Assembly: GCA_038209745.1 (NCBI GenBank)
Contig: JBBQXJ010000028.1
Location: 1-52,942 of the forward strand
Origin: Verrucomicrobiota bacterium
Lineage (GTDB): Bacteria > Verrucomicrobiota > Verrucomicrobiia > Limisphaerales > CANJSG01
Direction: 5' to 3'
Length of the DNA: 52,942 nt
Each line of letters starts with the position of its first letter. Within the stretch, counting starts at the first letter, position 1. A model generated the notes under the pieces. The model saw nothing but the letters and a program-made list of their open reading frames with translations, was not told the origin of the DNA and did no database searches. Positions 1 to 9,433 of the stretch are shown here, piece by piece. Position numbers and translations under genes: made by a program.

Positions 1-594
1 ACCGTCTACCCTGTCTTCCGCCGCTGGACCAAGGACGGCACCTGGGCCGTCATCAACGCCCGGCTCCGTGCGAGGGTGCGCCACGCCGCCGGCAAGAACT
101 GCCAGCCCTCGGCCGGCGTCCTCGACCGCCAGAGCGTGAAGTCCAGTCCCCACGGCAGCCGGGTCGGCTACGACGCGGCCAAGAAGATCAAGGGCCGCCA
201 ACGCCACCTCCTGGTGGATACCCTCGGCATGGTGCTGGCCGTGAAGGCCACCCCCGCCAGCAGGCCCGAACGGGTCGGCGGCCTCGCCGTGCGGGCCACC
301 GTGCTCTGCTGGCTGCGCTGGTTCAAGAAGCGGTGGGTCGGCGGCGGCTACACCGGAGAGGACTTCGCCAAAAAGGCCCGCGAACACCGGCCCGCGCTGG
401 GGGTCGAGGTCGTCAAACGCAACGAGGTCGCCACCGGCTTCGTGGTCCTGCCCCAGCGCTGGATCGTCGAACGCACCTTCGGTTGGCTCATGCAGAACAG
501 ACGCCTCGTCCCCGACCACGAGACCCCCGAAGCCAGCGCCGAAGCCTTTGTCTACCTCGCCATGATCCGCCTCATGCTCAACCGACTCGCTTGA
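1..594 (+). mobile_element. IS5-family transposase, 5' end outside the window, probably degenerate
   Basis: Frame 1 is open from base 1 (TVYPVFRRWTKDGTW...). IS5 motifs LDRQSVK, GYDAAKKIKGRQRHLLVDTLG, VEVVKR and RWIVERTFGWL are present. The second DDE Asp appears replaced (WVGGGY vs usual WADGGY). Confidence 0.9.
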
Positions 595-612
595 TTCCCT
601 CCATGTAATCTC

Positions 613-631
613 TTTTTCAGACAGAATCTCA
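613..631 (+). repeat. Probable right terminal inverted repeat of the IS5 element, followed by a TCA target-like trinucleotide
   Basis: TTTTTCAGACAGAATC then TCA, 19 nt after the transposase stop. Resembles IS1031-group ends (TTTTCAGACAGxCTC, TNA target). The left end is not in the window. Confidence 0.55.
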
Positions 632-817
632 GTTGCTGAATCGAACGAGGTTCGATCTGGGGAAGAGCAGATTCGGTGGATGCCACGAGCGCGAGGGGAT
701 TATTCAGTCCCCGGTCCGCCCGCCAAGCCACCCTTGTCCCAAATCGGCCATGACACCACGCCACCGCCAACCCCAAACGAGAGTTCCGAACAACAAAGCT
801 TTGGAACCAACATGCGA

Positions 818-1198
818 CTATCGATTCTTGGCCAATAGTGTGATCCCGAGCACTCCGAGCACCGCTCCGCCGAGCATCCCGACCACTGCGGTAGCCCGCC
901 CCCACCAACTGCTAGATTCCGTCAGAAGCATCCAGGACAGAACCACCAACGCCCCATCAGCCGCCAATAGAATGGCTCCCAAGGAAGAAACGGACAAAGG
1001 AGCCAAGGCAGAGCCACCGGATTCTCCCGACGGGACCGCTCCCGTCTCTTTCGCTCCCTTGTCCTGTCCCCGCTTGAGGAATTGCCGTATTCCGGGGCGA
1101 TCCACATTGGTCACGGAGGCGCTGTCCGCCCGGGAGTCTTCACCCTTGGGCCGGTCCATCAACGATTCCAAACCACGTCCTAATCCGCGCTTCGACAC
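818..1198 (-). CDS. Small membrane protein with a ParB-like N-terminal LGRGL peptide and two C-terminal transmembrane helices (126 aa)
   Basis: GTG start at 1198 within ORF 818..1396 gives MSKRGLGRGLESLMDRPKG, a polar linker, then hydrophobic segments LGAILLAADGALVVLSWMLL and ATAVVGMLGGAVLGVLGITLLA followed by KNR. Divergent from the M48 gene and does not overlap it. Confidence 0.75.
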   Translation of the reverse strand: MSKRGLGRGLESLMDRPKGEDSRADSASVTNVDRPGIRQFLKRGQDKGAKETGAVPSGESGGSALAPLSVSSLGAILLAADGALVVLSWMLLTESSSWWGRATAVVGMLGGAVLGVLGITLLAKNR

Positions 1199-1295
1199 GG
1201 GCGGAGCCTCGGACAAAGCCGTTTTGGGCACAATACCGAAGCAAGGAAGGAGCCCACCTCTTGAGAATCCGTCCAGGTTCTGCAAACTTTCGGCC

Positions 1296-2090
1296 ATGAA
1301 ACGAGCTCTGCTTTCCGTCCTGGCCGCCCTGATCGCCGTTCCTCTCTTCACCGCTTGCAACACGGTCGCCATCACCGGCCGCCGCCAGGTGAACATCTAT
1401 TCGCCCGCCGAAGAGATGCAGCTTGGCTTGGCCAGCTTCACCCAGATGAAGCAGGAGCAGAAGGTGAGCAAGGATCCGGCGGGGAACGCGCTCCTGACCA
1501 AGGTCGGCAAGAAGATCGCCGCCATCGCCCAGCCGGACATGCCGGATGCGCAGTGGGAGTTCGTCCTCTTCGACAGTCCGGAAGCCAATGCCTTCTGCCT
1601 GCCCGGCGGCAAGGTGGGCGTCTACACCGGCATTCTTCCGGTCACCAAGGACGAGACCGGATTGGCCGTCGTGCTCGGCCATGAGATCGCCCACGCCGTG
1701 GCCCATCACGGCGGCGAACGCATGACCGCCGCCGCCGGCATGCAGGCGCTCGGCCAGATCGGGAGCGCCTATGCTTCCGCCAAAGGGGTCAGCGCGGGCA
1801 ACCTCGCCCTCGCGCAGCAGCTCTATGGTGTCGGCGCCCAAGTCGGAGCCGTGCTGCCCCATAGCCGCGCGCAGGAGAGCGAGGCCGACCACATCGGCCT
1901 GATCTACATGGCGCGGGCCGGTTACGATCCGGAACAGGCCGTCGCCTTCTGGCAACGCTTCGCCGACTACGCCAAGAGCGCGGGCGGCGATTCGAGCCCC
2001 TGGTTCCTCCGCACCCACCCGTTGGATCAGACCCGCATCGACCAGCTCAAGGGCTGGATGGCGGAGGCCAAAGGCCAGATGCCGAAGTGA
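1296..2090 (+). CDS. M48 family Zn metallopeptidase, lipoprotein
   Basis: ATG 1296, MKRALLSVLAALIAVPLFTAC (lipobox), NAFCLPGG, HEIAH, ESEADHIG, FLRTHP. Confidence 0.93.
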   Translation: MKRALLSVLAALIAVPLFTACNTVAITGRRQVNIYSPAEEMQLGLASFTQMKQEQKVSKDPAGNALLTKVGKKIAAIAQPDMPDAQWEFVLFDSPEANAFCLPGGKVGVYTGILPVTKDETGLAVVLGHEIAHAVAHHGGERMTAAAGMQALGQIGSAYASAKGVSAGNLALAQQLYGVGAQVGAVLPHSRAQESEADHIGLIYMARAGYDPEQAVAFWQRFADYAKSAGGDSSPWFLRTHPLDQTRIDQLKGWMAEAKGQMPK

Positions 2091-2161
2091 ACCCGACCCA
2101 GCGGGCTGTCGTTGAAGGATCGGTCTTCCCAAACCGGACGGGACCGGCTTGAATTCTGGTC

Positions 2162-3016
2162 GTGAAACCACTCTTCCTCTCCATGGCCGCCGCCTTGGCC
2201 CTGTCCCATCCCGGCCTGTCCGAGGCCGCGCAGACCGGCCTCAAACATCCAGTCGGACTGCAGCTCTACAGCCTGCGCGCCGACTTCACCAAGAACGTGC
2301 CCGCCGCGCTCGCCAAGGTGGAATCCTTCGGCGTCAAGAACGTCGAGCTCGCCGGGACCTACAACCTTTCCCCCGAGAAGTTCGGCGAGATGCTCAAGGC
2401 CCACGGCCTCAAAGCCGTCAGCGGCCACTTCTCGTATGACGACTACAAGAAGGACCCGGAGGACATCGCGAAGCAGGCCGCCGCGCTGGGTCTGAAATAC
2501 GCCGGCTGCGCGTGGATCCCGCACAAGGGCGCCTTCGACGAGGCCCAGGCCAAGGATGCGGCCGAGGTCTTCAACAAGGCCGGTGCCGCCCTCGCCAAAC
2601 ACGGCATCAAGTTCTTCTACCACTGCCACGGCTTCGAGTTCGACAAGCACGGCGACGGCACCTTGATGGACCTGTTGATGAAGGAGACGGATCCGAAGCT
2701 CGTCTCGTTCGAGATGGACGTCTTCTGGGTCAAATTCCCCGGAGAAGATCCCGTGAAATGGCTGGAGAAGTATCCCGGTCGCTGGGAGCTGATGCACATC
2801 AAGGACATGAAGAAGGGCCTCGCCACCGGCTCCAACAGCGGCGGAACCGACGTCTCCAACAACGTCGTCGCCGGCACCGGCCAGCTCGACTGGAAGGCGA
2901 TCCTCAGCACCGCCGAAAAGACGGGCGTCACCCAGTATTTCATCGAGGATGAAAGCCCCGTGGCCGCCGAGCAGATTCCGCAGACGCTGAAGTATCTCCA
3001 CGGATTGAAGTGGTAG
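2162..3016 (+). CDS. Sugar phosphate isomerase/epimerase (xylose-isomerase-like TIM barrel), secreted
   Basis: Signal peptide; GLQLYSLR, YHCHGFEF, EMDVFW, HIKD, FIEDE. Confidence 0.9.
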   Translation: MKPLFLSMAAALALSHPGLSEAAQTGLKHPVGLQLYSLRADFTKNVPAALAKVESFGVKNVELAGTYNLSPEKFGEMLKAHGLKAVSGHFSYDDYKKDPEDIAKQAAALGLKYAGCAWIPHKGAFDEAQAKDAAEVFNKAGAALAKHGIKFFYHCHGFEFDKHGDGTLMDLLMKETDPKLVSFEMDVFWVKFPGEDPVKWLEKYPGRWELMHIKDMKKGLATGSNSGGTDVSNNVVAGTGQLDWKAILSTAEKTGVTQYFIEDESPVAAEQIPQTLKYLHGLKW

Positions 3017-3043
3017 TCCGGGAAGATTGATCCCAGAACGCAG

Positions 3044-3073
3044 AACGGCCCCGGAGCGATCCGGGGCCGTTTC
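3044..3073 (+). terminator. Rho-independent terminator-like hairpin
   Basis: 12-bp stem AACGGCCCCGGA / TCCGGGGCCGTT with GCGA loop, between convergent genes. Confidence 0.75.
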
Positions 3074-3089
3074 GTATGGATCTTTCAAA

Positions 3090-3120
3090 GGTGGGGACGC
3101 CTCGGCGAGGCGTCCCTACC
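3090..3120 (-). repeat. GTAG-type REP palindrome
   Basis: Minus strand reads GGTAGGGACGCCTCGCCGAGGCGTCCCCACC: GTAG tetranucleotide followed by a GC-rich hairpin. Confidence 0.65.
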
Positions 3121-3135
3121 AAAAGCGGACGCTTC

Positions 3136-4341
3136 TCAGCGCACCACTTCGAAGGCGTAGCCTTTCAGGTATTCCGTCTCGGGGATCGCCGGCAGCACCG
3201 GATGATCGGGGCTCTGGCTGTAGATCGCCACGCGGCGCAAAAGGCGATGCGCGTCGTAGGCGGCGGCGAGGATCACATCCATGAACATGGAGGCGTCCAC
3301 ATGGTGCGAGCAGCAGAAGGTCGCGAGCGTGCCGCCGGGTTTCAGCAGCTTCAGCGCGCGGATGTGGATCTCCTTGTAGCCGCGCATCGCGTCCGGCACG
3401 GAGGCGCGGTTGCGGGTGAAGGACGGCGGATCCAGCACGATCATGTCGAAGGGCGAGATCAGCCTGTCGCTGTGGCCGGTCTGGGTGCGGCTCTTGAGCC
3501 AGTCGAAGGCGTTGGTCGTCTCGAAGGAACATTTGTCTTCGAGGCCGTTGGCCTTCGCGTTCTTGGCGGCGGCCGCATTGGCGTCGGCGCTCTGGTCGAT
3601 GGCGAGGACGCTGTTGGCGCCGGCCCGGGCGGCGTGCAGCGCGAAACCGCCGAGGAACGAGAAGCAATCCAGGACGTTCCCGCCCCGGACGAGGTCGGCG
3701 ACTTTCTGGTAGTTCGCCTGCTGGTCGAGGTAGAGACCGGTCTTGTGGCCACCGGCGGGTTCGACCTGGAACTTGAGGCCGTTCAGGAGGATGTCCACGG
3801 GACCGTCGATCTTGCCGAAGATCACGCCGCTGGATTCCTCCATGCCCTCGAACTTGCGATAGGCGGCGTCGCTGCGTTCCACGATGGCGCGGGGGGAAAA
3901 GACCTTCTTCAGCGCCTCCACGATGATCATCTTGCGCTTCTCCATCCCGAGGGAGGAGATCTGCATGACGAGGACGTCCTCGTATTTGTCCACGATCAAG
4001 CCGCTGAGCAGATCGCCCTCGGCGTTGACGGCACGGAAGGAAGTGGCGCCCGGCATGTGGCGCTTACGAACGTCGAGCGCGGCGCGGATGCGCTGCTCGA
4101 AGAAGGCGGCGTTCGGCTCCACCCGGTCCGCGTCGAGCATGCGGACCTGGATCTTGGAGCGGGGATTGTAGAAGCCCACGCCGAGCATGCGCTGGCGGGA
4201 ATCCTTCACTTGGACAAGGTCGCCGTCGTTGACGGGGCCGGTCAGGCGATGGATGGCGCCGGAGTAGATCCAAGGATGGCCGGCAACGATACGGTCGGCT
4301 TCGCCGGGTCTGAGGAGGACAGTAGAGAGAGTCGTGTTCAT
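3136..4341 (-). CDS. rlmI: 23S rRNA m5C1962 methyltransferase (RlmI family)
   Basis: PUA-like N-terminus GHPWIY, EGDLLSGLIVDKY, GHKTGLYLDQ, VLDPPSF, PETEYLKG; ATG at 4341. Confidence 0.9.
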   Translation of the reverse strand: MNTTLSTVLLRPGEADRIVAGHPWIYSGAIHRLTGPVNDGDLVQVKDSRQRMLGVGFYNPRSKIQVRMLDADRVEPNAAFFEQRIRAALDVRKRHMPGATSFRAVNAEGDLLSGLIVDKYEDVLVMQISSLGMEKRKMIIVEALKKVFSPRAIVERSDAAYRKFEGMEESSGVIFGKIDGPVDILLNGLKFQVEPAGGHKTGLYLDQQANYQKVADLVRGGNVLDCFSFLGGFALHAARAGANSVLAIDQSADANAAAAKNAKANGLEDKCSFETTNAFDWLKSRTQTGHSDRLISPFDMIVLDPPSFTRNRASVPDAMRGYKEIHIRALKLLKPGGTLATFCCSHHVDASMFMDVILAAAYDAHRLLRRVAIYSQSPDHPVLPAIPETEYLKGYAFEVVR

Positions 4342-4449
4342 GGTTTGTAGACAGTTGCGGCGGGATGGCCGCAGAACCGCAGAGTGGGCCACATTCCGGT
4401 TTCAAGGGGAAGACCGAAACAAGTCCAAAGCGGCAAGTGGGTCCGGCAA

Positions 4450-4505
4450 TTCGTGATTCGGCTCTGGGGTTTCTTTCGGCCTTTGACCTTCGGATTCCGG
4501 ATTTC
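4450..4505. repeat. Degenerate 7-bp periodic repeat (TTCGGAT-like)
   Basis: TTCGGCC TTTGACC TTCGGAT TCCGGAT TTC at 4475-4505; related units on the opposite strand at 6799-6820 (AATTCGA AGGCCAA AATCCGA A). Confidence 0.5.
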
Positions 4506-4633
4506 TCGAACACCGCCGCACAAATGTCGGTTGGCAAATCTCCGGCCCGCCCTCCACACTCGAATTCGCGTTTGGAGGTGTGTTTGTGCCGAACGCCCGC
4601 CCTTCACCGGGCTGCTCAACCTGAACCTGCACT

Positions 4634-5860
4634 ATGAATCTGGACTCCCTCTACTCGAAACTGACCATTAAAACAGGCGCGAAAATGGCGCTCATCGTCC
4701 TCGACGGCCTCGGCGACATCGCGACCATGGCCCAGGGCGAACTGACCCCGTTGGAAGCCGCCAGCACCCCCAATCTCGACAAACTCGTCAACGAAGGCGT
4801 CGCCCAGGGCCGCATGATCCCGGTCGCCCCCGGCATCACCCCAGGCTCCGGCCCCGGACATCTCGCGCTCTTCGGCTATGACCCGATCGAATTCGAGGTC
4901 GGCCGCGGCGTCATCGAGACGCTCGGCCTCGGCATCGAGCTGAAGAACGGCGATGTCGCCGCCCGGGCCAACTTCTGCACCTTGAACGCCAAGGGCATCG
5001 TCACCGACCGCCGCGCCGGCCGCATCGCCACGGAAGTCTGCGAACGCCTGTGCAAGATCCTTTCCTCCAAGATCAAGAAGGTCGGCACGACCCAAGTGAT
5101 GATCGTTCCCGGCAAGGAACACCGCTTCGTCGTCATCTTCCGCGGCGCCGGTCTCGAAGGCCCGGTGACGGACACCGATCCGAACCGCGAAGGTCTGCCC
5201 ATCGCCGAGGCCAAGCCGGTCGATCCGAAGAACGCCGGCCAGAAGAAGGTCGCGAAGCTCATTGCCGACTTCTACGTGAAGGCTCTTCCGCTGTTGGCCA
5301 AGGAAAAGGCCGCGAACGGATTCCTGATGCGCGGCGCGGCCCATCAGCCCGACATCCCGACGTTCGAGGAGCGCTACCAGATGAAGGCCGCGGCCATCGC
5401 CGTGTATCCGATGTATAAAGGCCTCTCCCAGCTCGTCGGCATGGTGAAGATCGAAGGGCCCCAGACCATCGCCGAACAGTTCGAGCGCTACGTCGCCGAA
5501 TACGACAACTACGACTTCTTCTTCATCCACTACAAATACACCGACAAAGCCGGCGAAGACGGCGACTTCGAGGCCAAGAAGAAGGCGATCGAGGACTTTG
5601 ACGCCGCGCTCCCGATCCTGCTCGGCAAGAAGCCCGACGTGCTCGCCATCACCGGCGACCATTCCACGCCCTGCGCCATGAAGGGCCACTCCTGGCATCC
5701 GCAGCCCGTGCTGCTGCACTCCGCCTACAGCGGTTCCGACAAGCTGGAGCGCTTCAGCGAAACCGGTGCGAACATGGGAAGTCTCGGCGTCTTCGAGGCC
5801 AAGTATCTGATCCGCCTCATGCAGGCCAACGCCAAGATGTTCGACAAATACGGCGCGTAA
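4634..5860 (+). CDS. apgM: 2,3-bisphosphoglycerate-independent phosphoglycerate mutase (ApgM type)
   Basis: LDGLGD, TPLEAASTPNLD, PGSGPGHLALFGYDP, TDKAGEDG, ITGDHSTP, HSWHP. Confidence 0.93.
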   Translation: MNLDSLYSKLTIKTGAKMALIVLDGLGDIATMAQGELTPLEAASTPNLDKLVNEGVAQGRMIPVAPGITPGSGPGHLALFGYDPIEFEVGRGVIETLGLGIELKNGDVAARANFCTLNAKGIVTDRRAGRIATEVCERLCKILSSKIKKVGTTQVMIVPGKEHRFVVIFRGAGLEGPVTDTDPNREGLPIAEAKPVDPKNAGQKKVAKLIADFYVKALPLLAKEKAANGFLMRGAAHQPDIPTFEERYQMKAAAIAVYPMYKGLSQLVGMVKIEGPQTIAEQFERYVAEYDNYDFFFIHYKYTDKAGEDGDFEAKKKAIEDFDAALPILLGKKPDVLAITGDHSTPCAMKGHSWHPQPVLLHSAYSGSDKLERFSETGANMGSLGVFEAKYLIRLMQANAKMFDKYGA

Positions 5861-5890
5861 GCCGGAAGCGCGTCCATCCCGGACGCAACG

Positions 5891-5925
5891 AAGCCGTCCA
5901 TCGGTTCGCCGATGGACGGCTTTTT
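5891..5925 (+). terminator. Rho-independent terminator
   Basis: 14-bp stem AAGCCGTCCATCGG / CCGATGGACGGCTT, TTCG loop, T-tract. Confidence 0.9.
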
Positions 5926-5946
5926 CGTGCGTAGCGGCGAACGGGA

Positions 5947-6768
<822 letters not shown>

Positions 6769-6896
6769 GGGCCGACAGGTTACGGACCGGAACGACGCAA
6801 TTCGAAGGCCAAAATCCGAACGCTCGCGCTGGGCATTTTTTGGATTTTTGCCTGCGTATTTCTGCTTTGCCCTCGATCCACTCCTTCCGCGGGGCA

Positions 6897-6926
6897 TTGC
6901 TCCCGGGCCAAGGGGTTCCCTATGCT
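6897..6926 (+). promoter_or_regulatory. Putative sigma70 promoter of aroB, leaderless geometry
   Basis: TTGCTC-18 nt-TATGCT-6 nt-ATG(6933). Confidence 0.55.
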
Positions 6927-6932
6927 CAACCC

Positions 6933-8039
6933 ATGAGAATCGTCCCAGTGCCGCTCGGTGAGCGGTCGTATGCCATCCAGATCGGCGGCGGCCTGCTCAA
7001 GAAACTTGGAGCGGAATGCGGCCGTCTGTCGTTGGGAACGCGTTGCGCCGTGGTCACCGATTCCAATGTCGGACCGCTCTACGTCTATCCGGCGATCCAG
7101 TCGTTGAAGAAGGCGGGCTTCGCTCCCGTGGTCATCCGCGTGCCGGCTGGCGAGACGGCCAAAAGCCTCAAGACGGTCGCATCTTGCTACGACCAGATGG
7201 CCGCCCACCGGCTGGAGCGGCAGTCCTTCGTGGTGGCTCTCGGTGGCGGGGTGGTGGGGGACTTGGCCGGGTTCGTGGCGGCGACGTATCTCCGGGGCGT
7301 GCCGTTCGTGCAGGTGCCGACCACCTTGTTGGCCCAGGTGGACAGTTCGGTCGGCGGCAAGGTGGGAGTGAATCTGAAGGCCGGAAAGAACCTTGTCGGC
7401 GCTTTCTATCAGCCGCGACTGGTGCTGTGCGATCTGGACACCTTGAAGACGCTGCCAATGCGGCAATTCCGCGCCGGTCTGGCCGAGGTGATCAAATATG
7501 GGATCATCTACGACGCGCCGTTGTTCGGGCGACTGGAGAAGGATCTGGGCAGGCTGCTGAAGCAGCAGCCCAAGGTGTTGGCCGAGGTGGTCGCGCGTTG
7601 CTGCGAGATCAAAGCCGAGGTGGTCGGGCAGGACGAAACGGAGACCGGTCTACGGGCGATCCTGAATTTCGGCCACACCATCGGGCACGCCATAGAGAAC
7701 ACGGCCGGCTACGGGAAGCATCTCCACGGGGAAGCCATTTCGATCGGGCAGGTCGCGGCCGCCCGGCTGTCGTGCCGTTTGGCCGGGATGAAAGACGCCG
7801 AGGCGGAACGCATCGCCGCGCTGTTCAAAACGGCCGGTCTGCCGGTCGGCATCCGTCTCGGCAAGGTTCAAACAGGTCGCCTGCTGGGGGCGATGAAACT
7901 CGACAAGAAGGTCAGCGGCGGCGAGGTGAAGTTCGTGTTGTCCGACCGGATCGGTTCGGCAAAGAGGGGCTGCCGCGTTCCGGCGGCGGCGCTTCTGGAG
8001 GTGCTGCACGGATTGGGCATCCGCCCCGAGCGCGCGTGA
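6933..8039 (+). CDS. aroB: 3-dehydroquinate synthase
   Basis: [56 protein letters not shown]. Confidence 0.97.
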   Translation: MRIVPVPLGERSYAIQIGGGLLKKLGAECGRLSLGTRCAVVTDSNVGPLYVYPAIQSLKKAGFAPVVIRVPAGETAKSLKTVASCYDQMAAHRLERQSFVVALGGGVVGDLAGFVAATYLRGVPFVQVPTTLLAQVDSSVGGKVGVNLKAGKNLVGAFYQPRLVLCDLDTLKTLPMRQFRAGLAEVIKYGIIYDAPLFGRLEKDLGRLLKQQPKVLAEVVARCCEIKAEVVGQDETETGLRAILNFGHTIGHAIENTAGYGKHLHGEAISIGQVAAARLSCRLAGMKDAEAERIAALFKTAGLPVGIRLGKVQTGRLLGAMKLDKKVSGGEVKFVLSDRIGSAKRGCRVPAAALLEVLHGLGIRPERA

Positions 8040-8088
8040 ACTTCAACTTGTGACGGCCGACGCCCACCAATACCGTCCCGGCTTCGAA

Positions 8089-8748
8089 ATGGCATTGAAC
8101 TACAAAGTCACGGGTGGCGACGGCTCCGAATATGGGCCCGTCCCGCAGGACGATTTGGAGCAATGGATCCTCGACGGGCGGATCATCGATTCGACCCCGG
8201 TGTGGCGATCCGACACCGCCCATTGGAAAGCAGCCGAAGACTACCTGGAGCTGGGATTCTCCCTGAACCAAGCGGCGAAGAAGCCAATCCACGAAGACGA
8301 CGAGGATGTCGCCGCGATTCGGCCGGTCGGGTTCTTCCCTCGTTTGGTCGCCTACTTGGTGGACTACTTCATCATGACGGCGCTCATGACGGCCATTCTT
8401 CCTCTTTTCAACAGCATCGTGGATCTGAAGGAGACCGGAAACGTTCTGGAACTTCTCCGTCAGCCGGGGTTCTGGGTGATCCTGGGGGTCCAAGTGTCGG
8501 TGGCTGGCGTGTTCAACGTCGTCTTCAACGGCCATTTCGGCGCCACTCCCGGCAAGATCCTGATCGGCGCGAAGATCGTGGCCGAAGACGGTTCGCCGAT
8601 CGGCTACGGCCGCGCCCTCGGCCGCTACCTCGCCGAGTGGGTCAGCGCGTTCTCCTTGGGCGTGGGGTATCTCTTCGTCGCGTTCCGACCGGATCGGCGG
8701 GCTCTGCACGACCTGATCGCGGGGACACGCGTCGTTTTTCTCACATGA
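8089..8748 (+). CDS. RDD family membrane protein with N-terminal GYF_2-like domain
   Basis: YGPV...LEQWILDGRI...VWR (GYF_2); GFFPRLVAYLVDY, ATPGK, RRALHDLIAGTRVV (RDD). Candidate promoter TTGTGA-17-TACCGT at 8048-8076 favours ATG 8089. Confidence 0.88.
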   Translation: MALNYKVTGGDGSEYGPVPQDDLEQWILDGRIIDSTPVWRSDTAHWKAAEDYLELGFSLNQAAKKPIHEDDEDVAAIRPVGFFPRLVAYLVDYFIMTALMTAILPLFNSIVDLKETGNVLELLRQPGFWVILGVQVSVAGVFNVVFNGHFGATPGKILIGAKIVAEDGSPIGYGRALGRYLAEWVSAFSLGVGYLFVAFRPDRRALHDLIAGTRVVFLT

Positions 8749-9257
8749 AACTCAATGGCAACCGGCAGATGGCGGCGATCTGCGCCGGCGTCTTCGTCCT
8801 CGATCAACTGACCAAGCAGATCGTGCTGCGTGCTTTGGGGACGGAGGAGAGCCGGGAAGTGTTCCCCGGATTCTTCAAGCTGGTGCATTGGCAGAATCGA
8901 GGAGCCGCATGGAGCCTGTTCAGCACGATGAACGGCAGCAACTACGTCTTGGCCGGCGTTTCACTTCTCGCTTTCGGCGCGCTGGTACGGTTCCGCCACC
9001 ATTTCGGAGCAGACACCCGGATCGGCCGCATTTCGTTGGGCCTCGTGATGGGTGGAATCCTCGGCAACCTCAGTGACCGCGTGTTTATCCACCACGTCGT
9101 CGATTTCCTCCGCTTCTATTTGGACAGCCGCAGCGGGCTGGAGGTCGGGTTCCCGGCATTCAATGTGGCGGACTCAGCCATTTGTATCGGAGTGGGACTC
9201 ATGTTCATCCAAGCATGGATCGCCGAATCCGCCCACCGGACGGGAAAAGCCAACTGA
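8745..9257 (+). CDS. lspA: Lipoprotein signal peptidase II
   Basis: ATGA overlap with the RDD gene; LDQLTK, NRGAAWS, GNLSDR, VVDF, FPAFNVADSAI. Confidence 0.96.
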   Translation: MKLNGNRQMAAICAGVFVLDQLTKQIVLRALGTEESREVFPGFFKLVHWQNRGAAWSLFSTMNGSNYVLAGVSLLAFGALVRFRHHFGADTRIGRISLGLVMGGILGNLSDRVFIHHVVDFLRFYLDSRSGLEVGFPAFNVADSAICIGVGLMFIQAWIAESAHRTGKAN

Positions 9258-9433
9258 GCGCCCGACAAACCCCGCTGCACATCGCTGAGTGAACCCGATG
9301 GAACCGGTCTGTCGGGAAAACCTGCGCGCTCAAAATGTGTCACAAAAGTGGATTTTTTCAGTTTACAACGTCTTGGAAGTGGACTCTTATGCACCTGTCG
9401 TTAGCGACGGCGACATTCAGCAAAGGATCAAAA

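Noticed and set aside
633..1295. 221-aa N-terminal extension of the M48 ORF
   Set aside because: The lipoprotein signal begins at ATG 1296 with a promoter-like motif just before it; the extension is antisense to the LGRGL membrane protein gene.
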